The notes beneath the pieces were generated by a model, which worked only from the letters and a program-made list of their open reading frames with translations, did no database searches and was not told the DNA's origin. This document shows, one piece after another, positions 41,801 to 56,800 of a DNA stretch of 64,000 bases (its first letter is position 1; every line of letters starts with the position of its first letter). The translations under genes and the position numbers were made by a program. The DNA comes from Nemertoderma westbladi (Eukaryota > Animalia > Xenacoelomorpha), in assembly GCA_032718475.1 (NCBI GenBank), contig JAUCBJ010001176.1, forward strand, positions 55,830-119,829. The letters are read 5' to 3'.

Positions 41801-44800
41801 TTAGAACCCGATCGCGAAATACGTTTTCTTCCTCTACTTAACGATCTTTCTACCTGGAATATAAAATAGAAACAAAATATGAAGATTGATTATCAGGTCA
41901 TTATATTTACATTGAGTTACAGTAGTTTACAATAATTTATTGGCTACAATAATACACGAATCCATTCCAAGTGGTGTAGCTAAGTTTCATTAAATAAAAA
42001 AAACATTTAATTTGCGAATAATCATGATAATGCATCATAATAAGTCCTTTATTTTTACGAAAATAGGATTACAGATCCAATATGGGACACTTTCATTGGA
42101 TGAGCTATTGGCTGAATTTTTAGGACCGTAAATTCACAGAGAGGACCACGTTTAGTGCCGTTTTTGTATCATGTTTTTAAAAGTTTAAAAGTACATTTTT
42201 GTAAAACTGAAAAATAAATTTAGAAACTAAGAAGTCGCATCCCTCCAGAAACCCTTGGTATTATTATACCTTAGACACTTATGATGCCGCATTTCTTACC
42301 TCCTCGTCCGCAGAATTGTGTTGCAACCATCCGCGAACCAGCCGGATATCCCTGGACCGATCGTCCGATCCTTTAAGGTCGTCCATCTTATTCTGAAGGT
42401 CGTGAATTACATTGTAGATATTGTTGTCGTGGTGTGGAACTACGCTACGGCAGGTTACACCGGATGTGTGGTGGCCATGGATGGGACAGAGAGAGTGGGA
42501 CGTGGGAGTGGGACGAGGGGATGGAAGAGGCGGGACCGAACGGGAACGGATGCGAGATGATTCACTGTGGGAGGGAAATAATCTCACTGAATAACTACTG
42601 ACTGCATCCAACAATATTAGTCTGGCAGATATTGCATTATATCTTGCATGGAAGTATATTGCAGTAAATGTTCTAACTGACTCGGGTTGGTAATATTGTT
42701 GTCATCAATAATCCCACTGATACCCAACTGGCATATTGAGGATTTTCCTAAAAGTTAGCAAATTCAACACCGGATCATGACTTTATATGCAAAAGCAACA
42801 CGATTTTCGATCCCCCAGGGGTGTGTTCCAAAACGGTTTTACTTAATATTATTCCAATGGGAGCAGCCACTGTTTCAAGTTAGAAAATGTGCTACAGTAT
42901 ATCGTAACGTTTCGATAATGAAGTATTGTACAGTTTTAGAATTAATTTAATAACCTATCGTTATTGCATCAACATCGATCTTAAATTCCTCAATTCTATT
43001 CCACAATTGCAATCAATGGGTGTATTAAATTCAAGTTCCAGCCAAACTAACTAACTAACTTTACATCATCGTCTCTGACAGCAAAATATGTGAGGTGCGC
43101 CATAAGATGGGGATTCCGGTGATGTAAGTTTAATTGTAATGGAAACATGTACCATTTGTTACCATTAGGTACCATTTGTTACCATTAGGTACCATTTGTT
43201 ACCATTAGGTACCATTTGTTCATTCTCAACAGTAAATTTTTTACTAAAATATCTGGAATCAATCAAATGAATTGTCTCAACCGTTGTTGCTGGGGACAAT
43301 TTTTTTTAAATGGAAATTACACAAAACCCTCAATGATGCAATCTGCGCATCATCGGATTATTGATCACAATAAAATTTCGTACCAAATTTACCCAAAACG
43401 TACTATATACTCTCCGAAACTCACAACAATGATTATATTATATACACACATGTGTATAGGCCAAATTAGAAAGTACTAAAATTTATTAATTGTAGTCCTA
43501 ATAAATGGTGACATCCCAGAATATATATATAGCCATCATGCATGATATACAACCATGTTAGCAATATATAGTATATATACAAAAATAATATAGCCACGCT
43601 ACCAAAATTATATACCAAAGTATATCCACGCACCACACTATACCAACATAAATACCAATATATATAATATTATACCAGCAAATAATATGTGTTTGCACCA
43701 CAGAGACTATAGAATAACTTACCGATGAACCGACGCTAAGTTGGTCTTTACATCCTCGCCAATGAGTGTGAGAGCCTCGCGAAGGGGGATGGCCAGATCG
43801 TAGTCTGTTTTACGAATCTCAACGAGGTCGGAATCTTTATGGAAGATTCGCTCTCTCGCCTGGTACATTGTTATAAAACCTTGGTCTCTGCAACAGATAC
43901 ATCGGTTTGATAAACCTCCTCCCATTATCATCAATATGAATATTTACGTTAGTATATACGGAATGTATTATAATATACGGAGTAACTGGTACCACTCATA
44001 TGAATGTGGAATTGTTTTACAAATAGGAAATGGCATATTTTACGAAGCCGCAATACGTAAGTGTTTACAATCAGCAACTAATATCCTAATTTACATCAGC
44101 ACCTAATATCCTAATTTACATCAGCACCTAATATCCTAATTTACATCAGCACCTAATATCCTAATTTACATCAGCAACCAATATCCTAATTTACATCAGC
44201 AACCAATATCCTAATTTACATCAGCACCTAATATCCTAATTTACATCAGCACCTAATATCCTAATTTACATCAGCTACTAATATCCTAATTTACATCAGC
44301 ACCTAATATCCTAATTTACATCAGCAACCAATATCCTAATTTACATCAGCAACCAATATCCTAATTTACATCAGCACCTAATATCCTAATTTACATCAGC
44401 ACCTAATATCCTAATTTACATCAGCTACTAATATCCTAATTTACATCAGCACCTAATATCCTAATTTACATCAGCTACTAATATCCTAATTGAAATCAGC
44501 ACCTAATATCCTAATTTACATCAGCACCTAATATCCTAATTTACATCAGCACCTAATATCCTAATTTACATCAGCACCTAATATCCTAATTTACATCAGC
44601 TACTAATATCCTAATTGACATCAGCACCTAATATCCTAATTTACATCAGCACCTAATATCCTAATTTACATCAGCTACTAATATCCTAATTTACATCAGC
44701 TACTAATATCGTAATTTAATATCCTACCTGCTAAGTCTCTGATCCGGATCCAATAGGGACGACTCGCTTTTACTCTTGTGCAGTGCGGGCAACGCTCTCA

Positions 44801-47800
44801 ATATTTGGGAGAGCGCCTCAGATGCGGCCTGATTGAGCGGAGATTCAGCCATAGTGAGAGCAGAAAGAATTTCATCTCTAATGGGGAAAATCATCAAAAC
44901 ATCAGTAAATACTTGTTAGCATAACAAATCAGCAGTTATTAGTTAGCATAACTAATAAGCAGTTATTAGTTAGCATAACTAATAAGTAGTTATTAGTTAG
45001 CATAACTAATCAGCAGTTATTAGTTAGCATAACTAATCAGCAGTTAGTAGTTATGCTAACTAATCAGCAGTTATTAGTTAGCATAACTAATCAGCAGTTA
45101 GTAGTTAGCATAACTAATAAGCAGTTATTAGTTAGCATAACTAATCAGCAGTTATTAGTTAGCATAACTAATAAGCAGTTATTAGTTAGCATAACTAATC
45201 AGCAGTTATTAGTTAGCATAACTAATCATCAGTTATTAGTTAGCATAACTAATAAGTAGTTATTAGTTAGCATAACTAATCAGCAGTTATTAGTTAGCAT
45301 AACTAATCAGCAGTTAGTAGTTATGCTAACTAATCAGCAGTTATTAGTTAGCATAACTAATCAGCAGTTAGTAGTTAGCATAACTAATAAGCAGTTATTA
45401 GTTAGCATAACTAATCAGCAGTTATTAGTTAGCATAACTAATAAGCAGTTATTAGTTAGCATAACTAATCAGCAGTTAGTAGTTATGCTAACTAATCAGC
45501 AGTTATTAGTTAGCATAACTAATCAGCAGTTAGTAGTTAGCATAACTAATAAGCAGTTATTAGTTAGCATAACTAATAAGCAGTTATTAGTTAGCATAAC
45601 TAATAAGTAGTTATTAGTTAGCATAACTAATCAGCAGTTATTAGTTAGCATAACTAATCAGCAGTTATTAGTTAGCATAACTAATCAGCAGTTATTAGTT
45701 AGCATAACTAATAAGTAGTTATTAGTTAGCATAACTAATCAGCAGTTATTAGTTAGCATAACTAATCAGCAGTTAGTAGTTATGCTAACTAATCAGCAGT
45801 TATTAGTTAGCATAACTAATCAGCAGTTAGTAGTTAGCATAACTAATAAGCAGTTATTAGTTAGCATAACTAATCAGCAGTTATTAGTTAGCATAACTAA
45901 TAAGCAGTTATTAGTTAGCATAACTAATCAGCAGTTAGTAGTTATGCTAACTAATCAGCAGTTATTAGTTAGCATAACTAATCAGCAGTTAGTAGTTAGC
46001 ATAACTAATAAGCAGTTATTAGTTAGCATAACTAATAAGCAGTTATTAGTTAGCATAACTAATAAGTAGTTATTAGTTAGCATAACTAATCAGCAGTTAT
46101 TAGTTAGCATAACTAATCAGCAGTTAGTAGTTATGCTAACTAATCAGCAGTTATTAGTTAGCATAACTAATCAGCAGTTAGTAGTTAGCATAACTAATAA
46201 GCAGTTATTAGTTAGCATAACTAATCAGCAGTTAGTAGTTAGCATAACTAATAAGCAGTTATTAGTTAGCGTAACTAATCAGCAGTTATTAGTTAGCATA
46301 ACTAATCAGCAGTTAGTAGTTATGCTAACTAATCAGCAGTTATTAGTTAGCATAACTAATCAGCAGTTAGTAGTTAGCATAACTAATAAGCAGTTATTAG
46401 TTAGCATAACTAATAAGCAGTTATTAGTTAGCATAACTAATAAGTAGTTATTAGTTAGCATAACTAATCAGCAGTTATTAGTTAGCATAACTAATCAGCA
46501 GTTAGTAGTTATGCTAACTAATCAGCAGTTATTAGTTAGCATAACTAATCAGCAGTTAGTAGTTAGCATAACTAATAAGTAGTTATTAGTTAGCATAACT
46601 AATCAGCAGTTATTAGTTAGCATAACTAATCAGCAGTTAGTAGTTATGCTAACTAATCAGCAGTTATTAGTTAGCATAACTAATCAGCAGTTAGTAGTTA
46701 GCATAACTAATAAGCAGTTATTAGTTAGCATAACTAATCAGCAGTTATTAGTTAGCATAACTAATAAGCAGTTATTAGTTAGCATAACTAATCAGCAGTT
46801 ATTAGTTAGCATAACTAATCAGCAGTTATTAGTTAGCATAACTAATACGCAGTTATTAGTTAGCATAACTAATCAGCAGTTAGTAGTTATGCTAACTAAT
46901 CAGCAGTTATTAGTTAGCATAACTAATCAGCAGTTAGTAGTTAGCATAACTAATAAGCAGTTATTAGTTAGCATAACTAATCAGCAGTTATTAGTTAGCA
47001 TAACTAATAAGCAGTTATTAGTTAGCATAACTAATCAGCAGTTATTAGTTAGCATAACTAATCAGCAGTTATTAGTTAGCATAACTAATACGCAGTTATT
47101 AGTTAGCATAACTAATCAGCAGTTATTAGTTAGCATAACTAATAAGCAGTTATTAGTTAGCATAACTAATCAGCAGTTATTAGTTAGCATAACTAATAAG
47201 CAGTTATTAGTTAGCATAACTAATCAGCAGTTATTAGTTAGAATAACTAATCAGCAGTTATTAGTTAGAATAACTAATCAGCAGTTATTAGTTAGCATAA
47301 CTAATAAGCAGTTATTAGTTAGCATAACTAATCAGCAGTTATTAGTTAGAATAACTAATCAGCAGTTATTAGTTAGAATAACTAATCAGCAGTTATTAGT
47401 TAGCATAACTAATACGCAGTTATTAGTTAGCATAACTAATAAGCAGTTATTAGTTAGCATAACTAATCAGCAGTTATTAGTTAGCATAACTAATAAGTAG
47501 TTATTAGTTAGCATAACTAATCAGCAGTTATTAGTTAGCATAACTAATCAGCAGTTATTAGTTAGCATAACTAATACGCAGTTATTAGTTAGCATAACTA
47601 ATCAGCAGTTATTAGTTAGCATAACTAATAAGCAGTTATTAGTTAGCATAACTAATCAGCAGTTATTAGTTAGCATAACTAATAAGCAGTTATTAGTTAG
47701 CATAACTAATCAGCAGTTATTAGTTAGAATAACTAATCAGCAGTTATTAGTTAGAATAACTAATCAGCAGTTATTAGTTAGCATAACTAATAAGCAGTTA

Positions 47801-50800
47801 TTAGTTAGCATAACTAATCAGCAGTTATTAGTTAGAATAACTAATCAGCAGTTATTAGTTAGAATAACTAATCAGCAGTTATTAGTTAGAATAACTAATC
47901 AGCAGTTATTAGTTAGAATAACTAATCAGCAGTTATTAGTTAGCATAACTAATAAGCAGTTATTAGTTAGCATAACTAATCAGCAGTTATTAGTTAGAAT
48001 AACTAATCAGCAGTTATTAGTTAGAATAACTAATCAGCAGTTATTAGTTAGAATAACTAATCAGCAGTTATTAGTTAGCATAACTAATAAGCAGTTATTA
48101 GTTAGCATAACTAATAAGCAGTTATTAGTTAGCATAACTATTATTTGACTATATTTTTACTGTTTATTTTTCATTTTGAGTAAAAATAAATAATAAAAGC
48201 AAAAATAAATATGTTAAAAGATAACTTGAGAAATCCAACTTACCCGCATGTAAGTTAGTTATTACAAGTTACACGGATATAAGTTAGTTATTCCAAACTC
48301 ACTTGGAGGTGAACACCATCTGTTTGATATTCTCGGTTTGGGTTTGTCTACTTGACGATTTAATTGGGGAAACTTTGTGAGGCTGATCGATTTTGGAGTC
48401 AATCTACGAAATAAACGAAACACTCGGATACAGATCGATATGTTAATAATAATATAATAATAAAACAATCCAATAATACCAACTTCGTTGTTCCTCGGAA
48501 ATAATTTTTTGTATATTTCAATGCTGGTCGAATGTAAATTACAGAGATAATATTTTGCGTTTTGGGCATTTTGAATAATTATTTTTATTATAAATTATAA
48601 ACAACATAGTTTGTCTGTGCAATTGGGGAGGCGACGCATATTTTCTACTTCGCATACTTTCTGGGATATTTTGAAAAAAAGCTCCAATTTTGTAAACCTT
48701 CTGAGAATGTGTTTTTATATAATAAATATTAACCGTTGCTAGGTAACTACTCCGTTGATATTATTGTAACTACAATAAATAAATCTAAAGGCCATGATAC
48801 ACCACAGGAGCGGCGAGCGGCAGCAGCCATTTGTGGTGTATCATCACCCATAGAAAATAATGTGTTCTATTTTTAAAAAGTGGCCGCTCGCCGCGGCCGC
48901 TCGCCGCTGCCGCTCGCCGCTCCTGTGGTGTATCATGGCCTTAACTGATTCGATGTTTTAAATAAATGAATTCAATGTAACTTACACGCCGCATTCTCTC
49001 CAACTGCTGTCTCGCCTCACGCAACTCGGACTCCGCTATTTTGTATCCGTTGTATTCGCACATCGGTATGAGAATGGAGTCCCGTGTTGGACTCCTATCG
49101 AAGTCTCGGGCGATCATAACGTTACGGATATCGTTGGCCTCGCCAACCAGATTACAGTTGACCCGTTCCAAGTCATCAATCTTATTCTACAGGTATAAAC
49201 CGACAATATAATAAATTATTAATATATTCTATAAATATTATTATTATTATTATTATAAATTAATTGTCGTATCGATGATATCCAATGTAAGTTGCAACAT
49301 AAATAAATCACTGTAATATAAAGTTATATAGATTATTATATTGTGTTTACAATATTTATATTATTTTAAAAATATAATATAAGAGATGTGTAATTTATGA
49401 AATAAGGCAATGGGGGGAAAGTGGCCGTGAATGGGAATGGGAAAGTGGGAAAGTCAAAATGGGAAAGTGGACACAAATAAGAAGTGATATTAGTTTATTG
49501 TTTTGGATAGAAACACGGTATCCTATAAACCTTGGAACATTTACACCGACGCACTGACAGCTGTTGTACGGACATACTGACAGCTGTTATTCGGGCGTAC
49601 TGACAGCTGTTATACGGACATACTGACAGCTGTTATACGGACATACTGACAGCTGTTATACGGACATACTGACAGCTGTTATACGGACATACTGACAGCT
49701 GTTATACGGATATACTGACAACAGCTGTTATACGGACATACTGACAGCTGTTATACGGACATACTGACAGCTGTAATACGGATATACTGACAGCTGTTAT
49801 ACGGACATACTAACAGCAGTTATTCGGATGTACTGACAGCTGTTATACGGACATACTGACAGCTGTTATACGGACATACTGACAGCTGTTATTCGGACAT
49901 ACCGACAGCTGTTATAAGGACATACTAACAGCTGTTATACGGACATACTGACAGCTGTTATACGGACATACTGACAGCTGTTATACGGATATACTGACAG
50001 CTGTTATACGGACATACTGACAGCTGTTATTCGGACATACCGACAGCTGTTATTCGGACATACCGACAGCTGTTATAAGGACATACTGACAGCTGTTATA
50101 CGGACATACTGACAGCTGTTATACGGACATACTGACAGCTGTTATACGGACATACTGACAGCTGTTATACGGACATACTGACAGCTGTTATACGGACATA
50201 CTGACAGCTGTTATACGGATATACTGACAGCTGTTATACGGACATACTGACAGCTGTTATACGGACATACTGACAGCTGTAATACGGATATACTGACAGC
50301 TGTTATACGGACATACTAACAGCAGTTATTCGGACATACTGACAGCTGTTATACGGACATACTGACAGCTGTTATACGGACATACTGACAGCTGTTATAC
50401 GGACATACTGACAGCTGTTATACGGACATACTGACAGCTGTTATACGGACATACTGACAGCTGTTATACGGATATACTGACAACAGCTGTTATACGGACA
50501 TACTGACAGCTGTTATACGGACATACTGACAGCTGTAATACGGATATACTGACAGCTGTTATACGGACATACTAACAGCAGTTATTCGGACATACTGACA
50601 GCTGTTATACGGACATACTGACAGCTGTTATACGGACATACTGACAGCTGTTATACGGACATACTGACAGCTGTTATACGGACATACTGACAGCTGTTAT
50701 ACGGATATACTGACAGCTGTTATACGGACATACTGACAGCTGTTATTCGGACATACCGACAGCTGTTATTCGGACATACCGACAGCTGTTATAAGGACAT

Positions 50801-53800
50801 ACTGACAGCTGTTATACGGACATACTGACAGCTGTTATACGGACATACTGACAGCTGTTATACGGACATACTGACAGCTGTTATACGGACATACTGACAG
50901 CTGTTATACGGACATACTGACAGCTGTTATACGGATATACTGACAGCTGTTATACGGACATACTGACAGCTGTTATACGGACATACTGACAGCTGTAATA
51001 CGGATATACTGACAGCTGTTATACGGACATACTAACAGCAGTTATTCGGACATACTGACAGCTGTTATACGGACATACTGACAGCTGTTATACGGACATA
51101 CTGACAGCTGTTATACGGACATACTGACAGCTGTTATACGGACATACTGACAGCTGTTATACGGATATACTGACAGCTGTTATACGGACATACTGACAGC
51201 TGTTATTCGGACATACCGACAGCTGTTATTCGGACATACCGACAGCTGTTATAAGGACATACTGACAGCTGTTATACGGACATACTGACAGCTGTTATTC
51301 GGACATACCGACAGCTGTTATAAGGACATACTGACAACTGTTATACGGACATACTGACAGCTGTTATTCGGACATACTAACAGCAGTTATTCGGACATAC
51401 CGAAAGCTGTTATACGGACATACTGACAGCTGTTATTCGGACATACCGACAGCTGTTATAAGGACATACTGACAGCTGTTATTCGGACATACCGACAGCT
51501 GTTATACGGACATACTGACAGCTGTTATTCGGACATACCGACAGCTGTTATAAGGACATACTGACAGCTGTTATACGGACATACTGACAGCTGTTATTCG
51601 GATGTACTGACAGCTGTTATACGGACATACTGACAGCTGTTATACGGACATACTGACAGCTGTTATTCGGACATACCGACAGCTGTTATAAGGACATACT
51701 GACAGCTGTTATACGGACATACTGACAGCTGTTATTCGGACATACCGACAGCTGTTATAAGGACATACTGACAGCTGTTATACGGACATACTGACAGCAG
51801 TTATTCGGACATACCGAAAGCTGTTATTCGGACATACTGACAGCTGTTATTCGGATGTACTGACAGCTGTTATACGGACATACTGACAGCTGTTATACGG
51901 ACATACTGACAGCTGTTATTCGGACATACCGACAGCTGTTATAAGGACATACTAACAGCAGTTATTCGGACATACCGACAGCTGTTATTCGGACATACTG
52001 ACAGCTGTTATTCGGATGTACTGGCAGCTGTTATACGGACATACTGACAGCTGTTATACGGACATACTGACAGCTGTTATTCGGACATACCGACAGCTGT
52101 TATAAGGACATACTGACAGCTGTTATAAGGACATACTTACAGCTGTTATTCGGACGTACTGACAGCTGTTATACGGACATACTGAAAGCTGTTATACGGA
52201 CATACTGACAGCTGTTATTCGGACATACTGACAGCTGTTATTCGGACGTACTGACAGCTGTTATTCGGACGTACTGACAGCTGTTATACGGACATACTGA
52301 CAGCTGTTATAAGGACATACTGACAGCTGTTATTCGGACGTACTGACAGCTGTTATACGGACATACTGACAGCTGTTATAAGGACATACTGACAGCTGTT
52401 ATTCGGACGTACTGACAGCTGTTATACGGACATACTGACAGCTGTTATACGGACATACTTACAGCTGTTATTCGGACGTACTGACAGCTGTTATACGGAC
52501 ATACTGACAGCTGTTATAAGGACATACTGACAGCTGTTATTCGGACGTACTGACAGCTGTTACACGGACATACTGACAGCTGTTATACGGACATACTGAC
52601 AGCTGTTATACGGACATACAGACAGCTGTTATACGGACATACTGACAGCTGTTATACGGACATACTAACAGCAGTTATACGGACATACTGACAGCTGTTA
52701 TACGGACATACTGACAGCTGTTATACGGACATACTGACAGCTGTTATACGGACATACTGACAGCTGTTATACGGACATACTGACAGCTGTTATACGGACA
52801 TACTGACAGCTGTTATACGGATATACTGACAGCTGTTATACGGACATACTGACAGCTGTTATTCGGACATACCGACAGCTGTTATTCGGACATACCGACA
52901 GCTGTTATAAGGACATACTGACAGCTGTTATAAGGACATACTGACAGCTGTTATACGGACATACTGACAGCTGTTATACGGACATACTAACAGCAGTTAT
53001 ACGGACATACTGACAGCTGTTATACGGACATACTGACAGCTGTTATACGGACATACTGACAGCTGTTATACGGACATACTGACAGCTGTTATAAGGACAT
53101 ACTGACAGCTGCTATTCGGACGTACTGACAGCTGTTACACGGACATACTGACAGCTGTTATACGGACATACTGACAGCTGTTATACGGACATACTGACAG
53201 CTGTTATACGGACATACTGACAGCTGTTATACGGACATACTAACAGCAGTTATACGGACATACTGACAGCTGTTATACGGACATACTGACAGCTGTTATA
53301 CGGACATACTGACAGCTGTTATACGGACATACTGACAGCTGTTATACGGACATACTGACAGCTGTTATACGGACATACTGACAGCTGTTATACGGATATA
53401 CTGACAGCTGTTATACGGACATACTGACAGCTGTTATTCGGACATACCGACAGCTGTTATTCGGACATACCGACAGCTGTTATAAGGACATACTGACAGC
53501 TGTTATACGGACATACTGACAGCTGTTATACGGACATACTGACAGCTGTTATTCGGACATACCGACAGCTGTTATAAGGACATACTGACAGCTGTTATAC
53601 GGACATACTGACAGCTGTTATTCGGACATACCGACAGCTGTTATAAGGACATACTGACAGCTGTTATACGGACATACTGACAGCAGTTATTCGGACATAC
53701 CGAAAGCTGTTATTCGGACATACTGACAGCTGTTATTCGGATGTACTGACAGCTGTTATACGGACATACTGACAGCTGTTATACGGACATACTGACAGCT

Positions 53801-56800
53801 GTTATTCGGACATACCGACAGCTGTTATAAGGACATACTAACAGCAGTTATTCGGACATACCGACAGCTGTTATTCGGACATACTGACAGCTGTTATTCG
53901 GATGTACTGGCAGCTGTTATACGGACATACTGACAGCTGTTATACGGACATACTGACAGCTGTTATTCGGACATACCGACAGCTGTTATAAGGACATACT
54001 GACAGCTGTTATAAGGACATACTTACAGCTGTTATTCGGACGTACTGACAGCTGTTATACGGACATACTGAAAGCTGTTATACGGACATACTGACAGCTG
54101 TTATACGGACATACTGACAGCTGTTATAAGGACATACTGACAGCTGTTATTCGGACGGAGTGACAGCTGTTATTCGGATGTACTAACAGCTGTTATTCGG
54201 ATGTACTGACAGCTGTTATTCGGACGTACTAACAGCTGTTATTCGGACATACCGACAGCTGTTATAAGGACATACTGACAGCTGTTATAAGGACATACTT
54301 ACAGCTGTTATTCGGACGTACTGACAGCTGTTATACGGACATACTGAAAGCTGTTATACGGACATACTGACAGCTGTTATACGGACATACTGACAGCTGT
54401 TATAAGGACATACTGACAGCTGTTATTCGGACGGAGTGACAGCTGTTATTCGGATGTACTAACAGCTGTTATTCGGATGTACTGACAGCTGTTATTCGGA
54501 CATACCGACAGCTGTTATAAGGACATACTGACAGCTGTTATAAGGACATACTTACAGCTGTTATTCGGACGTACTGACAGCTGTTATAAGGACATACTGA
54601 CAGCTGTTATTCGGACGGAGTGACAGCTGTTATAAGGACGTACTGACAGCTGTTATTCGGACGTACTGGCAGCTGTTATTCGGACGGAGTGACAGCTGTT
54701 ATAAGGATGTACTACAGCTGTTATTCGGACATACCGACAGCTGTTATTCGGACGGAGTGACAGTTGTTATTCGGACGGAGTGACAGCTATTATTCGGACG
54801 GCGGAGTGACAGCTGTTATTCGGACGGAGTGACAGCTGTTATTCGGACGGAGTGACAGCTGTTATTAGGACGGAGTGACAGCTGTTATAAGGATGTACTG
54901 ACAGCTGTTATTCGGACATACTGAGAGCTGTTATACGGACGGAGTGACAGCTGATATATGGATGCACTGACAGCTGTTATTCGGACATACCGACAGCTGT
55001 TATAAGGATGTACTGACAGCTGTTATTCGGATGTACTGACAGCTGTTATTCGGACGGAGTGACAGCTGTTATTCGGACGGAGTGACAGCTGTTATTCGGA
55101 CGGAGTGACAGCTGTTATTCGGACGGAGTGACAGCTCTTATTCGGACGGAGTGACAGCTGTTATTCGGACAGAGTGACAGCTGTTATTCGGACGGAGTGA
55201 CAGCTGTTATTCGGACGGAGTGACAGCTGTTATTCGGACGGAGTGACAGCTGTTATTCGGACGGAGTGACAGCTGTTATTCGGACGGAGTGACAGCTGTT
55301 ATTCGGACGGAGTGACAGCTGTTATTCGGACGGAGTGACAGCTGTTATTCGGACGGAGTGACAGCTGTTATTCGGACGGAGTGACAGCTGTTATTCGGAC
55401 GGAGTGACAGCTGTTATTCGGACGGAGTGACAGCTGTTATTCGGACGGAGTGACAGCTGTTATTCGGACGGAGTGACAGCTGTTATTCGGACGGAGTGAC
55501 AGCTGTTATTCGGACGGAGTGACAGCTGTTATTCGGACGGAGTGACAGCTGTTATTCGGACGGAGTGACAGCTGTTATTCGGACGGAGTGACAGCTGTTA
55601 TTCGGACGGAGTGACAGCTGTTATTCGGACGGAGTGACAGCTGTTATTCGGACGGAGTGACAGCTGTTATTCGGATGGACTAACAACTAACCTTCATTGA
55701 TTCATTGTCCTGATTGATATTGAACGACTCGTTATCCCGAAGTTGCAATGTTCTCAACTCGTCTTCCAGATCAGAAACTCGCTGCAATAACTTCGCTTCT
55801 ATCGCCTGTAGTTGCTTCACGAGTTCTTGGGCGAGGTTGCGTTCCAGCTAAGTGTATTTAGTTATACGATATAAGGTTTAGGGAAAGTCGGCGATTTACC
55901 AACATTTTGTTCAGCTTTCTCAGAGTTATCACGCTAGTAAGGCAACAGTTCCAAAAGTACAGTAACAAGCAATGGGTGGATGGGTGGGTTAAATCCATAT
56001 TAATGAGAGTGGCCACTAGAACCAGTAACTTGCACGTTTCGGCTTATTGATTGTAATTTTTAACATTGACCAACCTGATTGTCTGCCGTTTTTGCATCGA
56101 TCATCTGTAACTTCCTAACCAATGCGTCGATTTGGCCCAACAACCCTAGCTTAGTTTCCTGGGCTGCTGATAACTCCGCCTATAAATAATATTTGATGAT
56201 TTACATTACTTGTTATTATTATCTGATTTGTTTACAATTAGTGATGAAAGGATTTAGTATAAAAATGTGATTTAAAGCAAACCACAATAATAACTGTAGG
56301 TATATCCCTAATCTCCAATGATTACCTGTAACTGCTGATGTTTCCGCCCAGCTTGCTGCACCATGGAACTCAAATGTTTCGTAGCTGATCGTAACTTCTT
56401 TATTTCTGATTCCATTGCTTCCTGATTCATTATGGAGTCCTGAAGAATTATTACAAATATAATTATATAATCTGTTATATCTGTGTTTGTATTATAGACA
56501 GGCATACATACATACATACATACATACATACATAAATACATACATACATAAATACATACATACATACATACATACATACATACATACATACATACATACA
56601 TACATACATACATACATACATACATACATACATACATACATACATACAAACATACATACAAACATACATACAAACATACATACATTCAATAAGATAACGA
56701 GTCAATTCACAGAAAATTTAATTTTTAAGACAAAATATTTATTATTATATTAGGGAGATATAATATCAATATCAATATAAATTAATTGAATATAATCAAC

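Noticed and set aside
45053-47500. ORFs of (ITNQQLLVS)n and similar ORFs in the 41-bp, 51-bp and TACA repeats
   Set aside because: Artefacts of stop-free tandem repeats in introns or satellites.
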